NCBI GenBank assembly: GCA_963674745.2
Contig: CAXXDV010000003.1
Span: 1,952,001-2,016,000, forward strand
Direction of reading: 5' to 3'
Length of the DNA: 64,000 bases
From: Desulfosudaceae bacterium
GTDB lineage: Bacteria; Desulfobacterota; Desulfobacteria; Desulfobacterales; Desulfosudaceae
In this document: positions 1 to 10,489 of the stretch, piece after piece
Numbering within the stretch: position 1 is the stretch's first letter
Layout of the letters: every line of letters begins with the position of its first letter
Translations under genes and position numbers: made by a program
Notes under the pieces: model-generated
What the model saw: the letters and a program-made list of their open reading frames with translations, nothing else
Told to the model about the DNA's origin: nothing
The model's database searches: none

Positions 1-44
1 GACAACGCCTCTGTCAGTTCTGTCAAGCGGCTGTTTGTGCCTGG

Positions 45-1100
45 TTAAACAGAAGCCGACTGGACATCTTCTTCAGCCACAGCGTCGACAATAAACAATA
101 ACGGGTTTTCTCTTAAATCCACAATCCGTTCCGATAAAACCGGTTTTTCCTGTGCGTCTAATAAAATTCTCAACCGGGGGCGCAACGGATCCCGGGAATC
201 TGTTTCAAGAACCCTGCCGACGGCACCGGAATTGAGCTGGACGAAACTGGAAACCGGAAACAGGGAAACCGTATTAACCAGCGCTTTGAGAAGCCGCCTG
301 TCATAAGCCTGCTTGCCGGAACGGATAATTTCCTTGATGGAGGGGAAATGCAGAAACCGATCCCGATGAGGCCGTGAATGCACCAGCGCCTCATACAAAT
401 CCGCCAGTCCGACAATTTGTGCATATTCATGGATATCCCCGGCCGTCAGTCCGGATGGGTATCCCGAACCGTCCAGGCGCTCATAAACCTGAACAGCAAT
501 CTCGGCCAGGTGGGAATATTGACCACCTGTCTGCTCCAATATCTGCTGAGACAAAAGTGTCCGCTGTCTCAACTGACGCAGCTCCTCTTCCGTCAACTGA
601 GACGGTTTATTATAAAGCGATTCGGGAATCCTGGCCGTTCCGATATCATGAAGTAAAGCCGCTGTTCCGAGCTGCACCAGGGCAGATTCACTGAGTCCCA
701 AATCGTTGCCGAGCAGGATGGAAATGATGGCGACGTTCAGGGAATGATGAGCAATCGTGTCATCCCGGTAGTCATTGTAAACCGCCAGAGATAAAAGGCC
801 TTTCGAATTTTGAAGATTGATGATCAGTTTTCTGGTCACGCTGATGGCCTGTTCAACGGGAAACGTTCTTTCCGCCTGAACTGCCGCATAAGCGTCGGTG
901 TAAAATTTCAGACCCGCCTGGTACAGGCGTTCATCTTCTTTCCGAATGGCTGTTTCTGCACTGTCTTTGCCAGAAGCGGCATCTCCAAGGCGGCTTAATT
1001 CCAGTCTTTCCGCGTCATTCCGGCCACTGGATTTTAGCCGCTTGTTTTTATGCCCGCTTTCAGCGGCAAGCTTGGACATGTTCAACTTTGAATCATTCAT
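45..1100 (-). CDS. HD-GYP domain protein, degenerate (probably catalytically impaired c-di-GMP phosphodiesterase)
   Basis: LLHDIG and ERLDGSGYP motifs are present, but HHE reads VYE and HDIGK reads HDIGT. Confidence 0.85.
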   Translation of the reverse strand: MNDSKLNMSKLAAESGHKNKRLKSSGRNDAERLELSRLGDAASGKDSAETAIRKEDERLYQAGLKFYTDAYAAVQAERTFPVEQAISVTRKLIINLQNSKGLLSLAVYNDYRDDTIAHHSLNVAIISILLGNDLGLSESALVQLGTAALLHDIGTARIPESLYNKPSQLTEEELRQLRQRTLLSQQILEQTGGQYSHLAEIAVQVYERLDGSGYPSGLTAGDIHEYAQIVGLADLYEALVHSRPHRDRFLHFPSIKEIIRSGKQAYDRRLLKALVNTVSLFPVSSFVQLNSGAVGRVLETDSRDPLRPRLRILLDAQEKPVLSERIVDLRENPLLFIVDAVAEEDVQSASV

Positions 1101-1218
1101 CGCACACCAAAATTATTCAGAAAGGATTAACAATAAACTTTGTTTAGACTGCCTTTTTAATTTTTTTTATTATATCAAATTCTAGAAAAAAATCAACACT
1201 TTTTAGAGGTTATAATCT

Positions 1219-2394
1219 TTATGATTGCCTGAAAGAACGACCGGATCGTTCCAGCACACTGATCATTAAAACCAGTAACAGCGCCTGTATCAGGAGCAGG
1301 GCGGCTTCCAGCACCCCGGCATGGCGTAAAACCACAGCACTGATACCGAGACAGCCGTTCAAAGCAAAAATGAAGACCACGCTTTTCACATTGCTGTCCA
1401 GCACAACCGCCAACCGGTGATGAAGGTGATCACGGCCGACGTATTCAAGCCATTGGCGTACACTGGCAACCTTACCGGCAACGATACGGTCGATGGTAAT
1501 ATAAAACATGTCAAATATCAGCACCCAGAAAATCAGTACCGGTGAAACCAGGGCCACAACCGGGTTGTCAACGGACCATACGCCATAAACAGAAATACTT
1601 GCAAGAATGAAGCCAATAAATGTGCTGCCCGCATCTCCCAAAAAAATAAAGGCTTTACCTTTGGCGCGAAAATTATAGGGTAAAAACCCGAGACAACTGC
1701 CCATTACCGCAACGGCAATCCAGCCGACAAAAGGTTGATCGGTCTGGTATGCGACCACGCTCAGAAAAAAAGCGATCATGGCGCCCAGGCCTGCCGCCAG
1801 ACCATTCATACCATCAAAAAAGTTCATGGCATTGGTAATGCCGACGATCCACAAGAAAGTCAGGCCGAGGTTGGCCAGTTGAGAAAACAGGCCCAGATGG
1901 TCCGGGACAACACGCAGAAAAACGCCCTGACTGACAACAATTGCTACCGCCAGGAGCTGAACCATTAACTTTATTATGGCTGAGACGCCCTTTGCATCAT
2001 CGGCCAACCCGACAACAAAAACCAGCAATGCGGCCCCCAGGACCCCTCCGATCGCCCTGTTTATAATACCGTTGATAAAAATTGCCGCCAGAAAGGCCAG
2101 AAAAACAGCCACTCCACCGAACAGGGGCGTTGCCTGGTCGTGTGTCTTGCGTTCATCAGGCATATCAAAAGCGTTAAAACGTCGGGCCAGGCGGATGCAC
2201 AGTGGTGTCAGGCAAAATGAAAGTACGGAGGAGATGGCCAGAATATATCCCCATCGCATACCGCAACAGGTAAATGCCCGGAAAACAGGTGGCAGCAAAA
2301 GCAGTCCGGTAATTACCAGTACTGAGAAATAAACAAACCGGCCGGAACGATTACCGCCTGTTATTTTAATCATGACGATGATTTCTCCAAACAA
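1219..2394 (-). CDS. MraY/WecA/TagO-family undecaprenyl-phosphate sugar-1-phosphate transferase
   Basis: Polytopic membrane protein with GLADD, NAMNFFDGMNGLA, FLGDAGS and HLHHRL motifs; true start may be 2373. Confidence 0.9.
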   Translation of the reverse strand: MFGEIIVMIKITGGNRSGRFVYFSVLVITGLLLLPPVFRAFTCCGMRWGYILAISSVLSFCLTPLCIRLARRFNAFDMPDERKTHDQATPLFGGVAVFLAFLAAIFINGIINRAIGGVLGAALLVFVVGLADDAKGVSAIIKLMVQLLAVAIVVSQGVFLRVVPDHLGLFSQLANLGLTFLWIVGITNAMNFFDGMNGLAAGLGAMIAFFLSVVAYQTDQPFVGWIAVAVMGSCLGFLPYNFRAKGKAFIFLGDAGSTFIGFILASISVYGVWSVDNPVVALVSPVLIFWVLIFDMFYITIDRIVAGKVASVRQWLEYVGRDHLHHRLAVVLDSNVKSVVFIFALNGCLGISAVVLRHAGVLEAALLLIQALLLVLMISVLERSGRSFRQS

Positions 2395-3422
2395 TTGTTC
2401 AAAGCGCCAATAATACTTTCTACTTCATCATCTGTTAATGACGGGTATATGGGAACAGACATTGCCGAAAACCAGGCTGCATCCGAATGTTCGTATCCGG
2501 CCAACCCCAGGTATTTGTGAAGCGGTTGATAAACGGGCCGGGCGCAGGCGACACCCTTTTGAGACAAAAGCGCTATCCAGAGACCGGCATCACCCGGCAT
2601 TTGGATGACATAGCGAAAAAAAATACAGCCGGCATTCTGCCGGGGCAAGTGGACGTCGAACAGGCCCAGGGCATCGCTGTATCTTTCGGCTATATCACGC
2701 CGGCTACGGATGAATCCGGCCAGGTGCTGCAGTTGTGAGCGCCCCATGGCAGCCTGAAAGTCACTCATCTTATAATTATACCGGACACGATAATCTTTCC
2801 GGTTATCATAACTCCTCAAGTCCTTTATCTTTTCAATCAGGGCGCCATCCTGTGAAGACACCAGCCCCCCCTCGCCGGTCGTCATGACCTTGGTCGCATA
2901 AAAAGAAAACACGGCCAGACGACCGAAAGTCCCCAGCGGTCGGCTTTTGTATTGACCGCCCACGGCCTGGGCACAGTCCTCGATGACCGGAACATCGAGC
3001 TGCAACAGCCGGTCCATGTCGGCCGGCAGGCCGAACAGGTGGGGAACGATAATCGCCTTTGTCCGGCCGGAAATCCGTTTTTCAACATCCCCCGGATCGA
3101 TGTTGAACGTGTCCGGGATGATATCTGCCAGAACCGGTGTCGCCCCTGCATAATTCACGGCGTTCAAGAGTGCCGTGCAGACAAAAGAAGGAATGATCAC
3201 TTCATCGCCCGGGCCGATGTCCAGGGCCAGCAGGGCCAGATGAAGGCCTGCCGTGCCTGAGCTGACAGCCGCCCCATGCCCCAGTTCAAGGCTTGAAACA
3301 AAATCCTGCTCAAATTGTTCCACCATCTCACCCTGGGCAATCATGCCCGATCTGATGACCTGTCCGGCGGCTTCAGATTCAGACTTGCCAATTGTGGGAC
3401 GTGAATGGGGGATATTTGCCAT
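2370..3422 (-). CDS. DegT/DnrJ/EryC1/StrS PLP-dependent sugar aminotransferase
   Basis: SSGTAGLHLAL, IEDCAQA and SFYATKVMTTGEGG (PLP lysine). Confidence 0.93.
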   Translation of the reverse strand: MANIPHSRPTIGKSESEAAGQVIRSGMIAQGEMVEQFEQDFVSSLELGHGAAVSSGTAGLHLALLALDIGPGDEVIIPSFVCTALLNAVNYAGATPVLADIIPDTFNIDPGDVEKRISGRTKAIIVPHLFGLPADMDRLLQLDVPVIEDCAQAVGGQYKSRPLGTFGRLAVFSFYATKVMTTGEGGLVSSQDGALIEKIKDLRSYDNRKDYRVRYNYKMSDFQAAMGRSQLQHLAGFIRSRRDIAERYSDALGLFDVHLPRQNAGCIFFRYVIQMPGDAGLWIALLSQKGVACARPVYQPLHKYLGLAGYEHSDAAWFSAMSVPIYPSLTDDEVESIIGALNNCLEKSSS

Positions 3423-3441
3423 ACGAACAACGCCTCCCGGT

Positions 3442-4068
3442 TTATTCGTTTAAAAAAAGCCGCAAAGGACAAAAGGCTTCGGCGTATTTCACCCGTCCCT
3501 GGATTCCCCTGAAAACGGCAGCGGCATCAGCGATGTCGAGTATGGATAGCCCCTCGATATTGGTCCTGCTGACCTGAGAGTGGTGGGCCTTAAGCAGCTC
3601 CCGTTTTTTATCCATCCAGCGGCCGACATCGACAAAAACCGTGGGATCGAACCGCTGACTGGTGGGGCCTTCGTAAAACAAGACATTCCGGACATAACGG
3701 GTAGCGGAAACGACCATTTGTGCCAGATGGCGATGGTCCTGGTGGGTATCATCATGGAAATGGCTGAAAATGAAATCCGGTTTTACCGCGGCCATGACCT
3801 GTTCAATATACTGGATGGTATCCAGCCCGATCGCCAGTCGTGTGTCCTCGGCATCTCCCCAGAAAAGGCCTTTTACGCCGACAATCCCGGCCGATGCCAC
3901 CTGTTCCGCCATTCTCAAATCAGGGTCCCCACCCTGTCCGCCTTTGGACATGACCAGCAGGTATATCCGATGGCCGTTACTGGCATAGTCAAGAAGCGTC
4001 CCGCCGCAGCCGAATTCAATATCATCCGGATGCGCGCCGATGGCCAGAATATTCAGAGGTTTTTCCAA
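3442..4068 (-). CDS. PIG-L/LmbE-family de-N-acetylase
   Basis: AHPDDIEFGCGG and HQDH motifs. Confidence 0.92.
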   Translation of the reverse strand: MEKPLNILAIGAHPDDIEFGCGGTLLDYASNGHRIYLLVMSKGGQGGDPDLRMAEQVASAGIVGVKGLFWGDAEDTRLAIGLDTIQYIEQVMAAVKPDFIFSHFHDDTHQDHRHLAQMVVSATRYVRNVLFYEGPTSQRFDPTVFVDVGRWMDKKRELLKAHHSQVSRTNIEGLSILDIADAAAVFRGIQGRVKYAEAFCPLRLFLNE

Positions 4069-4071
4069 GGA

Positions 4072-4755
4072 TCACACTCCTTTTCCGATCAATGCGGCAC
4101 CCTCCGGGCCGCAGTTTAATAACAGGTCGATCACCGACAGGTGGGAAACGAAATCCCCGAACAACTGTGGATATACCGGATGTTCATATTTCTGAAACAA
4201 AACCCTGATCCGGCTCTCCTTAAAACGGGTGATATCCATATAATTGGCTCCGCCCTGCCCTGCCAGATACGTATCAGCACCGAAATGCCGACAGATATCA
4301 ATCAGACGATCGGTGGGGTCCTCTCTCATGACCGGCAGTTCAGACGCGACAACCGTCCTGGTTTCAATGCCAAGGGCCAGGCGCAGTTTTTCGGCCAGAT
4401 TGATGTTCAGCACCGACAGCTTCTCCTGATCGGATAAAATGATCGGGCGGAACATTTCCATGTACCGATTAAAATAAGACGCACGGCTGTAATTCGTGGT
4501 AATGGTCTGCAAATGCTTTTTCCCCCATGCCGTGGTCCGGTTTATGCCGACCTGATTGATTTTCTGCGGAAATCGATACGACACCGGTACCGTCAACCAC
4601 TGCCAGCCCTGCGCCGTTTTAACCCGGTTTCTGTTCTGCCATTCATTTTTTTTGTATTGAACCGTATCAAGATAACAGAAAATATCCACCTTGGCCATTT
4701 TATCAAAATAACCGAGCCAGGGAAGATACTGGGGCTGATGAACAGCAACAATCAT
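4072..4755 (-). CDS. WbqC-family protein
   Basis: N-terminal HQPQYLPWLGYFDK, WQNRNR and C-terminal LSVIDLLLN. Confidence 0.92.
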   Translation of the reverse strand: MIVAVHQPQYLPWLGYFDKMAKVDIFCYLDTVQYKKNEWQNRNRVKTAQGWQWLTVPVSYRFPQKINQVGINRTTAWGKKHLQTITTNYSRASYFNRYMEMFRPIILSDQEKLSVLNINLAEKLRLALGIETRTVVASELPVMREDPTDRLIDICRHFGADTYLAGQGGANYMDITRFKESRIRVLFQKYEHPVYPQLFGDFVSHLSVIDLLLNCGPEGAALIGKGV

Positions 4756-5957
4756 GTACGCCCTCCCAGGACTGATTCGTAAAGCACTTCAATTCTGGAT
4801 ATCATGGCGGAAAGACCGAACCGGTCAGCCGTCTTTCGGCCTTCAATACCCATACTTTCGCGCAACCGGCTGTCATCAAGAAGCCCTGCGACAGCAGTTT
4901 TCAAGGAAACCGTATCCTGCGGATCAACCAGATAACCGTTTTTACCGTGGTGCACCATGTCCGGAATACCACCGACATCAGCCGCTACGACCGGTTTTCC
5001 GGACGCCATGGCCTCGACCACCACTCTTCCCATCCCCTCGTTGAGAGACGGAAGCGCAAAAACATCAAACAGTCGCATCAGTTCCGGGATATCCTTCCGC
5101 CAGCCGGCAAAAACGACTCTATCGCCCCCCCCCTTTTCTCTTGCTTTCTCCCTCAACACTGGTTCCAGCTCACCTTTGCCCACAAAAACCAGATACAGTT
5201 CCGGTCTTTCACACAACAGCGGTATCAAGGCATCAAGAAGTCCCACAGGATTTTTTACAGGCAGCAGCCAACCGACGGAACCAACCACCAGAGCGTCTTC
5301 GGGTATCCCCAGTTCTTTTCGAAGCGCTCCGGTATCTGCTTCGACCTTTGCAAAAGCGTCAATATCCACACCGCTGTGGATGATTTCCATGCTGTCAGAG
5401 GCAAACAGGTTGAGCGCCAGGTAATCGTCTCTTTCTCCTTTGGTCAAAGCTATCAGCTTATGGGTCAGCGGCGCGGTCAGCTTTTCGGTTATCAGGAACA
5501 GTTTTGAGAAAAACGCGGCAAAATGACCGTAAAACACGTGGCCGTGCGGTGTATGAACAATAACCGGTACCCTTGCCAACCAGGCGGCCCATCTTCCCAG
5601 GATACCGGCCTTGGAGGTATGCGTATGAACGATGTCCGGCTTTCCCTTTCTGATGATCCGCCATAACGCCCACAGCGCCTGGATATCATATATGGGATTA
5701 AGACTTCGAGCCAGCGCCGGTACACGGGTAATATCAACGCCATTTTGTACGGCTTCATCCATCATCCGATTAACGGCTTCCGTCTCCGCCTCTGTCATAC
5801 GCGATTCCCGAGACAGCCCGGTCACAAGCGTCACCCGGTATCTGCTTTTATCAAGCCCCAGACAGGTCAACAGGGTGTTCTGGGCCGAACCGCCCATATC
5901 CATCCGGGTGATGATATGCATGACTGTTATTTTATTTATCATATTATCCGTCGGCAT
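4752..5957 (-). CDS. GT4 glycosyltransferase
   Basis: HTSKAGILGR and EGMGRVVVEAMA (EX7E). Confidence 0.92.
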   Translation of the reverse strand: MPTDNMINKITVMHIITRMDMGGSAQNTLLTCLGLDKSRYRVTLVTGLSRESRMTEAETEAVNRMMDEAVQNGVDITRVPALARSLNPIYDIQALWALWRIIRKGKPDIVHTHTSKAGILGRWAAWLARVPVIVHTPHGHVFYGHFAAFFSKLFLITEKLTAPLTHKLIALTKGERDDYLALNLFASDSMEIIHSGVDIDAFAKVEADTGALRKELGIPEDALVVGSVGWLLPVKNPVGLLDALIPLLCERPELYLVFVGKGELEPVLREKAREKGGGDRVVFAGWRKDIPELMRLFDVFALPSLNEGMGRVVVEAMASGKPVVAADVGGIPDMVHHGKNGYLVDPQDTVSLKTAVAGLLDDSRLRESMGIEGRKTADRFGLSAMISRIEVLYESVLGGRT

Positions 5958-7158
5958 TACCGGCTATTTCCATAAGGGCATCAATGTGCCTGTCCCAGGA
6001 GTACCGCGATTCAACAAAAGCGCGTGTTTTCCGCCGCAAGCCATTAACCACTCCGGGATCAAACATCAGCCTGCGGCATTTCGCGTCGATCAACCGGGCC
6101 ATGGCCTTTGCTGAAGTGCTCTCAAAAAGAAAACCGGAATCAAAGGATTCGAGAATTTCTCTGGTCCCCCCTACCGGCGTGCCCAAAACAGGTGTCCCCG
6201 AAGCCATGGCTTCCAGGGTTACCAGGCCGAATCCTTCCAATTCGAGGGTCGGCAGAATGAACAGATCCGCCATGAGATAATAGTCCGGCAGCGTGGCCTC
6301 ATCGATAAACCCCGTAAAAAAAACATGCGGATTTAATCCGGCCCGGTCGACCTGTCCAATCAGGGACTCTCTCATCGGCCCATCTCCGCCGATCACCAGA
6401 TAAACTTCCGGCAGCTTCGAAACGACCTCCTGCATGGCCTCCAGGAGCGCTGAAAGGCCCATCCTCGGTTCCAGGTTCCGTAAAGTAAATAATATGATTT
6501 TATCTGCGGGAAAGCCCATACGCTGCCGGACAGCCGCCCGGTCGTTACAGGGGCTGAACCGCATCAGATCAACCCCTCCGGGAACAATTGAAATTAACTC
6601 ACCCGGAATTCGGTGACTGAGCTGCAGTTTTTCTTTTGTATAATCGCTTAATACAATGATCCGGTCAGAATCCTTTAAAGCGCTCTTTTCCATCCTTTTG
6701 CGAATCAGGGACTGAACTTTTACAGCCAAACGACTGCTGAGACCGGAGGCCATTACTGTCCTGGAAAGGTATTCCTCATGCCAGAGGGAATGACAGGTAT
6801 ACAACTTTTTTGCTGTGTTTTTTTTTGCGGAAGACAACACAGCGCATGCGGTCAACGGCTGATGAAAAAACAAGCGGTCAAACCTCAGATCCTGATTCAA
6901 CTGCTGGAATAAACGGCCAGCGTTTTTAAACGTATCGGCTACAAACCTGACCGGATACCTGTTATCAGCCGGATAACGCCATTCGGTAACACCGGATATC
7001 TCCGCCGCCTCTTTTTTATGGATATCCGGCAGCCAGCGGGTTATCAGGTGCACCTCGTGCCCGGAAGCGGCAAGGCGGGTCGTCTGTTCATACAGAACCC
7101 GCTCGGCGCCGCTTCCGACCCGTGCGATGGAAACATCCGCTGCAAACAGAATTTTCAC
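5944..7158 (-). CDS. GT4 glycosyltransferase
   Basis: EGFGLVTLEAMASGTPV. Confidence 0.92.
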   Translation of the reverse strand: MKILFAADVSIARVGSGAERVLYEQTTRLAASGHEVHLITRWLPDIHKKEAAEISGVTEWRYPADNRYPVRFVADTFKNAGRLFQQLNQDLRFDRLFFHQPLTACAVLSSAKKNTAKKLYTCHSLWHEEYLSRTVMASGLSSRLAVKVQSLIRKRMEKSALKDSDRIIVLSDYTKEKLQLSHRIPGELISIVPGGVDLMRFSPCNDRAAVRQRMGFPADKIILFTLRNLEPRMGLSALLEAMQEVVSKLPEVYLVIGGDGPMRESLIGQVDRAGLNPHVFFTGFIDEATLPDYYLMADLFILPTLELEGFGLVTLEAMASGTPVLGTPVGGTREILESFDSGFLFESTSAKAMARLIDAKCRRLMFDPGVVNGLRRKTRAFVESRYSWDRHIDALMEIAGNADG

Positions 7159-7238
7159 ATCTTTCCCTTTTATGTTAACACTGAAACGTCTGCCGCCATT
7201 ATACTTTTCATTCGTTTTATTGACATTTTGTCAACTCA

Positions 7239-8225
7239 TTAGATTGGCGCCAACCTTTTTGAAAAAATGTCCAAATCATTGGCTACCATTTCTTGGACAA
7301 GCGCTTTGAATTTCACCTTAGGCGCCCAATTAAGTTTCGCTTTGGCCCGGGTAGCATCACCGCACAGAATATTCACCTCCGCCGGGCGATAAAACTGATC
7401 ATCAATCACAACATAATCCTCAAAATTTTTATCAATCTCAGCAAAAGCCGCTTCTAAGAATTCACGCACCGAATGGGTTTCACCTGTTGCAATGACGTAA
7501 TCGTCAGCTTCACTCTGCTGCAGCATCAACCACATCGCTCGTACGTAATCACTTGCATGCCCCCAGTCCCGCTTGGCATCCAGGTTCCCCAACCGTATTT
7601 CTTTGTCGATTCCCAGTTTAATTTTTGCCACACCCGAGCTAATTTTCCTTGTTACAAATTCCATCCCCCTCCTTGGAGACTCATGGTTAAAAAGAATTCC
7701 TGATAATGCAAAGAGGCCATATGCTTCCCTGTAATTGCGAGTCAGTTCAAACCCGGCGATTTTCGAAATACCATAGGGAGATCGAGGATGAAAGGGCGTC
7801 TTTTCATTCTGAGGGACCTCCTCCACCTTTCCGAACATTTCACTGGAACCGGCAAAATAAAATCGACAATGTGGGGCCTGCCGCTTAATGGATGAGAGCA
7901 TGTAATGGGTGCCGTTCAAATTCGTATTGATAGTTGAAAACTCATCCTCAAATGAATAGGACACATAACTCTGCGCAGCCAGATGATAGCATTCATCAGG
8001 CTTCAGCTCCGAAATGATATTAAAAATGCTGGCATAACTCTCCATGGAGGCACTGTGGATATGAATCCGGTCGAGAAGGTGGCGTACTCGCCACATTCGC
8101 AACTCAGGTGTCTCCAGTGCCACACGCCGAACGAGACCATGCACTTCATATCCCTTTTCCAGTAACAGCTCTGCAAGGTAGCTGCCATCCTGTCCGGTAA
8201 TACCCGTAATCAATGCTTTTTTCAT
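7239..8225 (-). CDS. gmd: GDP-mannose 4,6-dehydratase
   Basis: ALITGITGQDGSYL, SPYGISK, FNHESPRRG and RDWGHA. Confidence 0.96.
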   Translation of the reverse strand: MKKALITGITGQDGSYLAELLLEKGYEVHGLVRRVALETPELRMWRVRHLLDRIHIHSASMESYASIFNIISELKPDECYHLAAQSYVSYSFEDEFSTINTNLNGTHYMLSSIKRQAPHCRFYFAGSSEMFGKVEEVPQNEKTPFHPRSPYGISKIAGFELTRNYREAYGLFALSGILFNHESPRRGMEFVTRKISSGVAKIKLGIDKEIRLGNLDAKRDWGHASDYVRAMWLMLQQSEADDYVIATGETHSVREFLEAAFAEIDKNFEDYVVIDDQFYRPAEVNILCGDATRAKAKLNWAPKVKFKALVQEMVANDLDIFSKRLAPI

Positions 8226-9307
8226 TTAATTATCCCCAGCAATCTCTGAATATCACGAATATAGGGTTTCCATGCTATGCGCCCTTTCAACGCAGACGTC
8301 CATACCAACCCCTCATCCACATGTGCCTGGTAGGTTTTTTGATTCTCAAGCTTTTCAAAAGCCGTCAACCATTTCTGCGGCTCAAATGGGTCGGCAGTCA
8401 ACGCTTTCCTCCCTGTTGTCTCCGTCAGAACGGCGATATCACTGACAACCGCAGGCGTTCCGCATGCCATAGCCTCCAAAGGTGGATAGCCATACCCTTC
8501 TGCTGTTGAAGGTTGCGCCAGACAAAACGCCTGCCGATAGAGCCCCGGCAAATCCTCATCAGGTACAAAATCAAGCCAGTGCAATCTTTTTTCGGCCTGT
8601 GCATTACGCCAGTATAACCGGTTTGCAGGCGGGACGCCGACGAAAACGATTTTTCTTCTCAACTGCATGGCGCAGGCCAGGATAACCCCCAAATTTTTAT
8701 GGGGCAGGCCATTTCCGACTACCATGATGTATCCCGGATCAAGCCGGTGTTCAGCCAGGATTTTTTGATCCCGTTCATCTTCGCAAAGAGTAAAATGAGC
8801 CTCCAAACCCGGATAACGGATTGAAAAATCCCCCTTGAGCTCTACCAATTTGACTGTTTCCCCATGACTGTAAACCGAATCGAACCATGTCAGGTCACTC
8901 CTTTTCAACGCCTTCTTGAGACGCCAGGTATCGAACAGAACACGCCCCCGTTTTTTATACAGCGGATGAGTTAAATCCAGCACATCATGAACGGTATTGA
9001 TGCATGCGCAATGGCACCCCCAAAGCGGCAGTTTGGGATACGGGCTAATAAAGAGTTTATTGTTCCGTGTCATTTCAGTCAGGCGCTTTTCAGATCCAAG
9101 GAACGATTTTGGCAACCATATCGTTTCAATCCGCTTACAACCTTTCAGTCGTAATGGGAGTTCACCGCCAGAATTCATACCAAGTATGATCCGCTCAGCA
9201 ACACCACTATCGTCAAGTGCGTCAATAAGCCCAACAAGGACACGGCCTATGCCGGTTAGGCGAGCAGGGGAAAATTCCCTGGCATCAATCAGAATCTTTC
9301 CTGGCAT
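8222..9307 (-). CDS. GT4 glycosyltransferase (MtfB/WbpY-like)
   Basis: TGIGR N-terminus, PHKNL and EGYGYPPLEAMACG. Confidence 0.88.
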   Translation of the reverse strand: MPGKILIDAREFSPARLTGIGRVLVGLIDALDDSGVAERIILGMNSGGELPLRLKGCKRIETIWLPKSFLGSEKRLTEMTRNNKLFISPYPKLPLWGCHCACINTVHDVLDLTHPLYKKRGRVLFDTWRLKKALKRSDLTWFDSVYSHGETVKLVELKGDFSIRYPGLEAHFTLCEDERDQKILAEHRLDPGYIMVVGNGLPHKNLGVILACAMQLRRKIVFVGVPPANRLYWRNAQAEKRLHWLDFVPDEDLPGLYRQAFCLAQPSTAEGYGYPPLEAMACGTPAVVSDIAVLTETTGRKALTADPFEPQKWLTAFEKLENQKTYQAHVDEGLVWTSALKGRIAWKPYIRDIQRLLGIIK

Positions 9308-10489
9308 TCAGATATCCCTCCCCCGCTGGTCTCGCTTTTCGAAGATTTGATTATAAATCTTCATTATCTGGGAAGTATGCCGCGCTAGCGTGAACTGAGT
9401 CGATACCTTTTCCCGGTTACTGACTCCCATTTGCCGACGTCTTTCCGGATCACACGCCAATGTTACAATGGCTTTAGAAAATTCTTCATGATTGGCCGGA
9501 TCTACCAGAATGGCATTTTCACCATCTACCACCGCCTCGGCTATCTCATCAATCCGGCTTGCAATAACCGGTAAACCAACCGCCATGGCTTCAATCAGGG
9601 CCCGACTGAAGCCCTCCCTTCGACTGGGTAGAACAAAAACATCCAATGCTTGGTAATACGGTACGATAACATTCGTAAAATCTTTGAAAACGATAACATT
9701 TGATAAGCCCAGGGTTTCGACCAACTGTTCCAGGTGCTCTCTATATATGACATCGTTGCTTTTCCCGACCAGAAGCGCTTTCATCTTCAAACCTGAGGGT
9801 TGACGAAGGACCAGCGCTAACGCCTGGACAAATTCATGCTGACCTTTAAGGGAAGTGAAATTTCCGATAATACCAAACAGGCACTCGTTTGTCACTCCTA
9901 ACTGTTTCCTCGTTAACTCCCTATTTTGTTGGCTCGGGCAAAAAATGTCCGGGTCCACACCATTGTAGACGATATCTGTTTTATTCTGTATTTGAACTTT
10001 ATAGGCGGCCAACCGTTTTTCTAAAACAGCTTTTGAAACACAAATAATCCGACTGCAAAATCGAGTCAACATCCCATCAATCAGACGAAGGTCTTGTTTT
10101 GTTTCCCGCACATGCCAGATAACGGGTCTCCGCCTCAACAATCCGGCCACTACGCAGTAAATACATGCGCGCGAACCGTTTACGTGCATCAAATCAATTT
10201 TGTCGGCCGATAGTTGCTTATAAAGACGAAATTCGGCATTTAAAACCCTCCAAAATTTGATTGTACGGATACGCGGGAGGTCAATTACCTTCACACTAAG
10301 CCCTTCACTTTTAAGCTTTTCCGAAATTTCACCCCGGCCCGGAACATATACCACAAGCGAATACGCACCTTTGGTGATTGTGCGAACTAAATGGAGAAAA
10401 CTGATTTCACCGCCACCGATGATGGCAGAATGATTGAAAACCATCGCTATTTTTTTGGGGTATATTGCAATTTTCATATTTTTTGTCAT
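9308..10489 (-). CDS. GT4 glycosyltransferase
   Basis: GGGE, KGQ and EGFSRALIEAMAVG. Confidence 0.9.
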   Translation of the reverse strand: MTKNMKIAIYPKKIAMVFNHSAIIGGGEISFLHLVRTITKGAYSLVVYVPGRGEISEKLKSEGLSVKVIDLPRIRTIKFWRVLNAEFRLYKQLSADKIDLMHVNGSRACIYCVVAGLLRRRPVIWHVRETKQDLRLIDGMLTRFCSRIICVSKAVLEKRLAAYKVQIQNKTDIVYNGVDPDIFCPSQQNRELTRKQLGVTNECLFGIIGNFTSLKGQHEFVQALALVLRQPSGLKMKALLVGKSNDVIYREHLEQLVETLGLSNVIVFKDFTNVIVPYYQALDVFVLPSRREGFSRALIEAMAVGLPVIASRIDEIAEAVVDGENAILVDPANHEEFSKAIVTLACDPERRRQMGVSNREKVSTQFTLARHTSQIMKIYNQIFEKRDQRGRDI

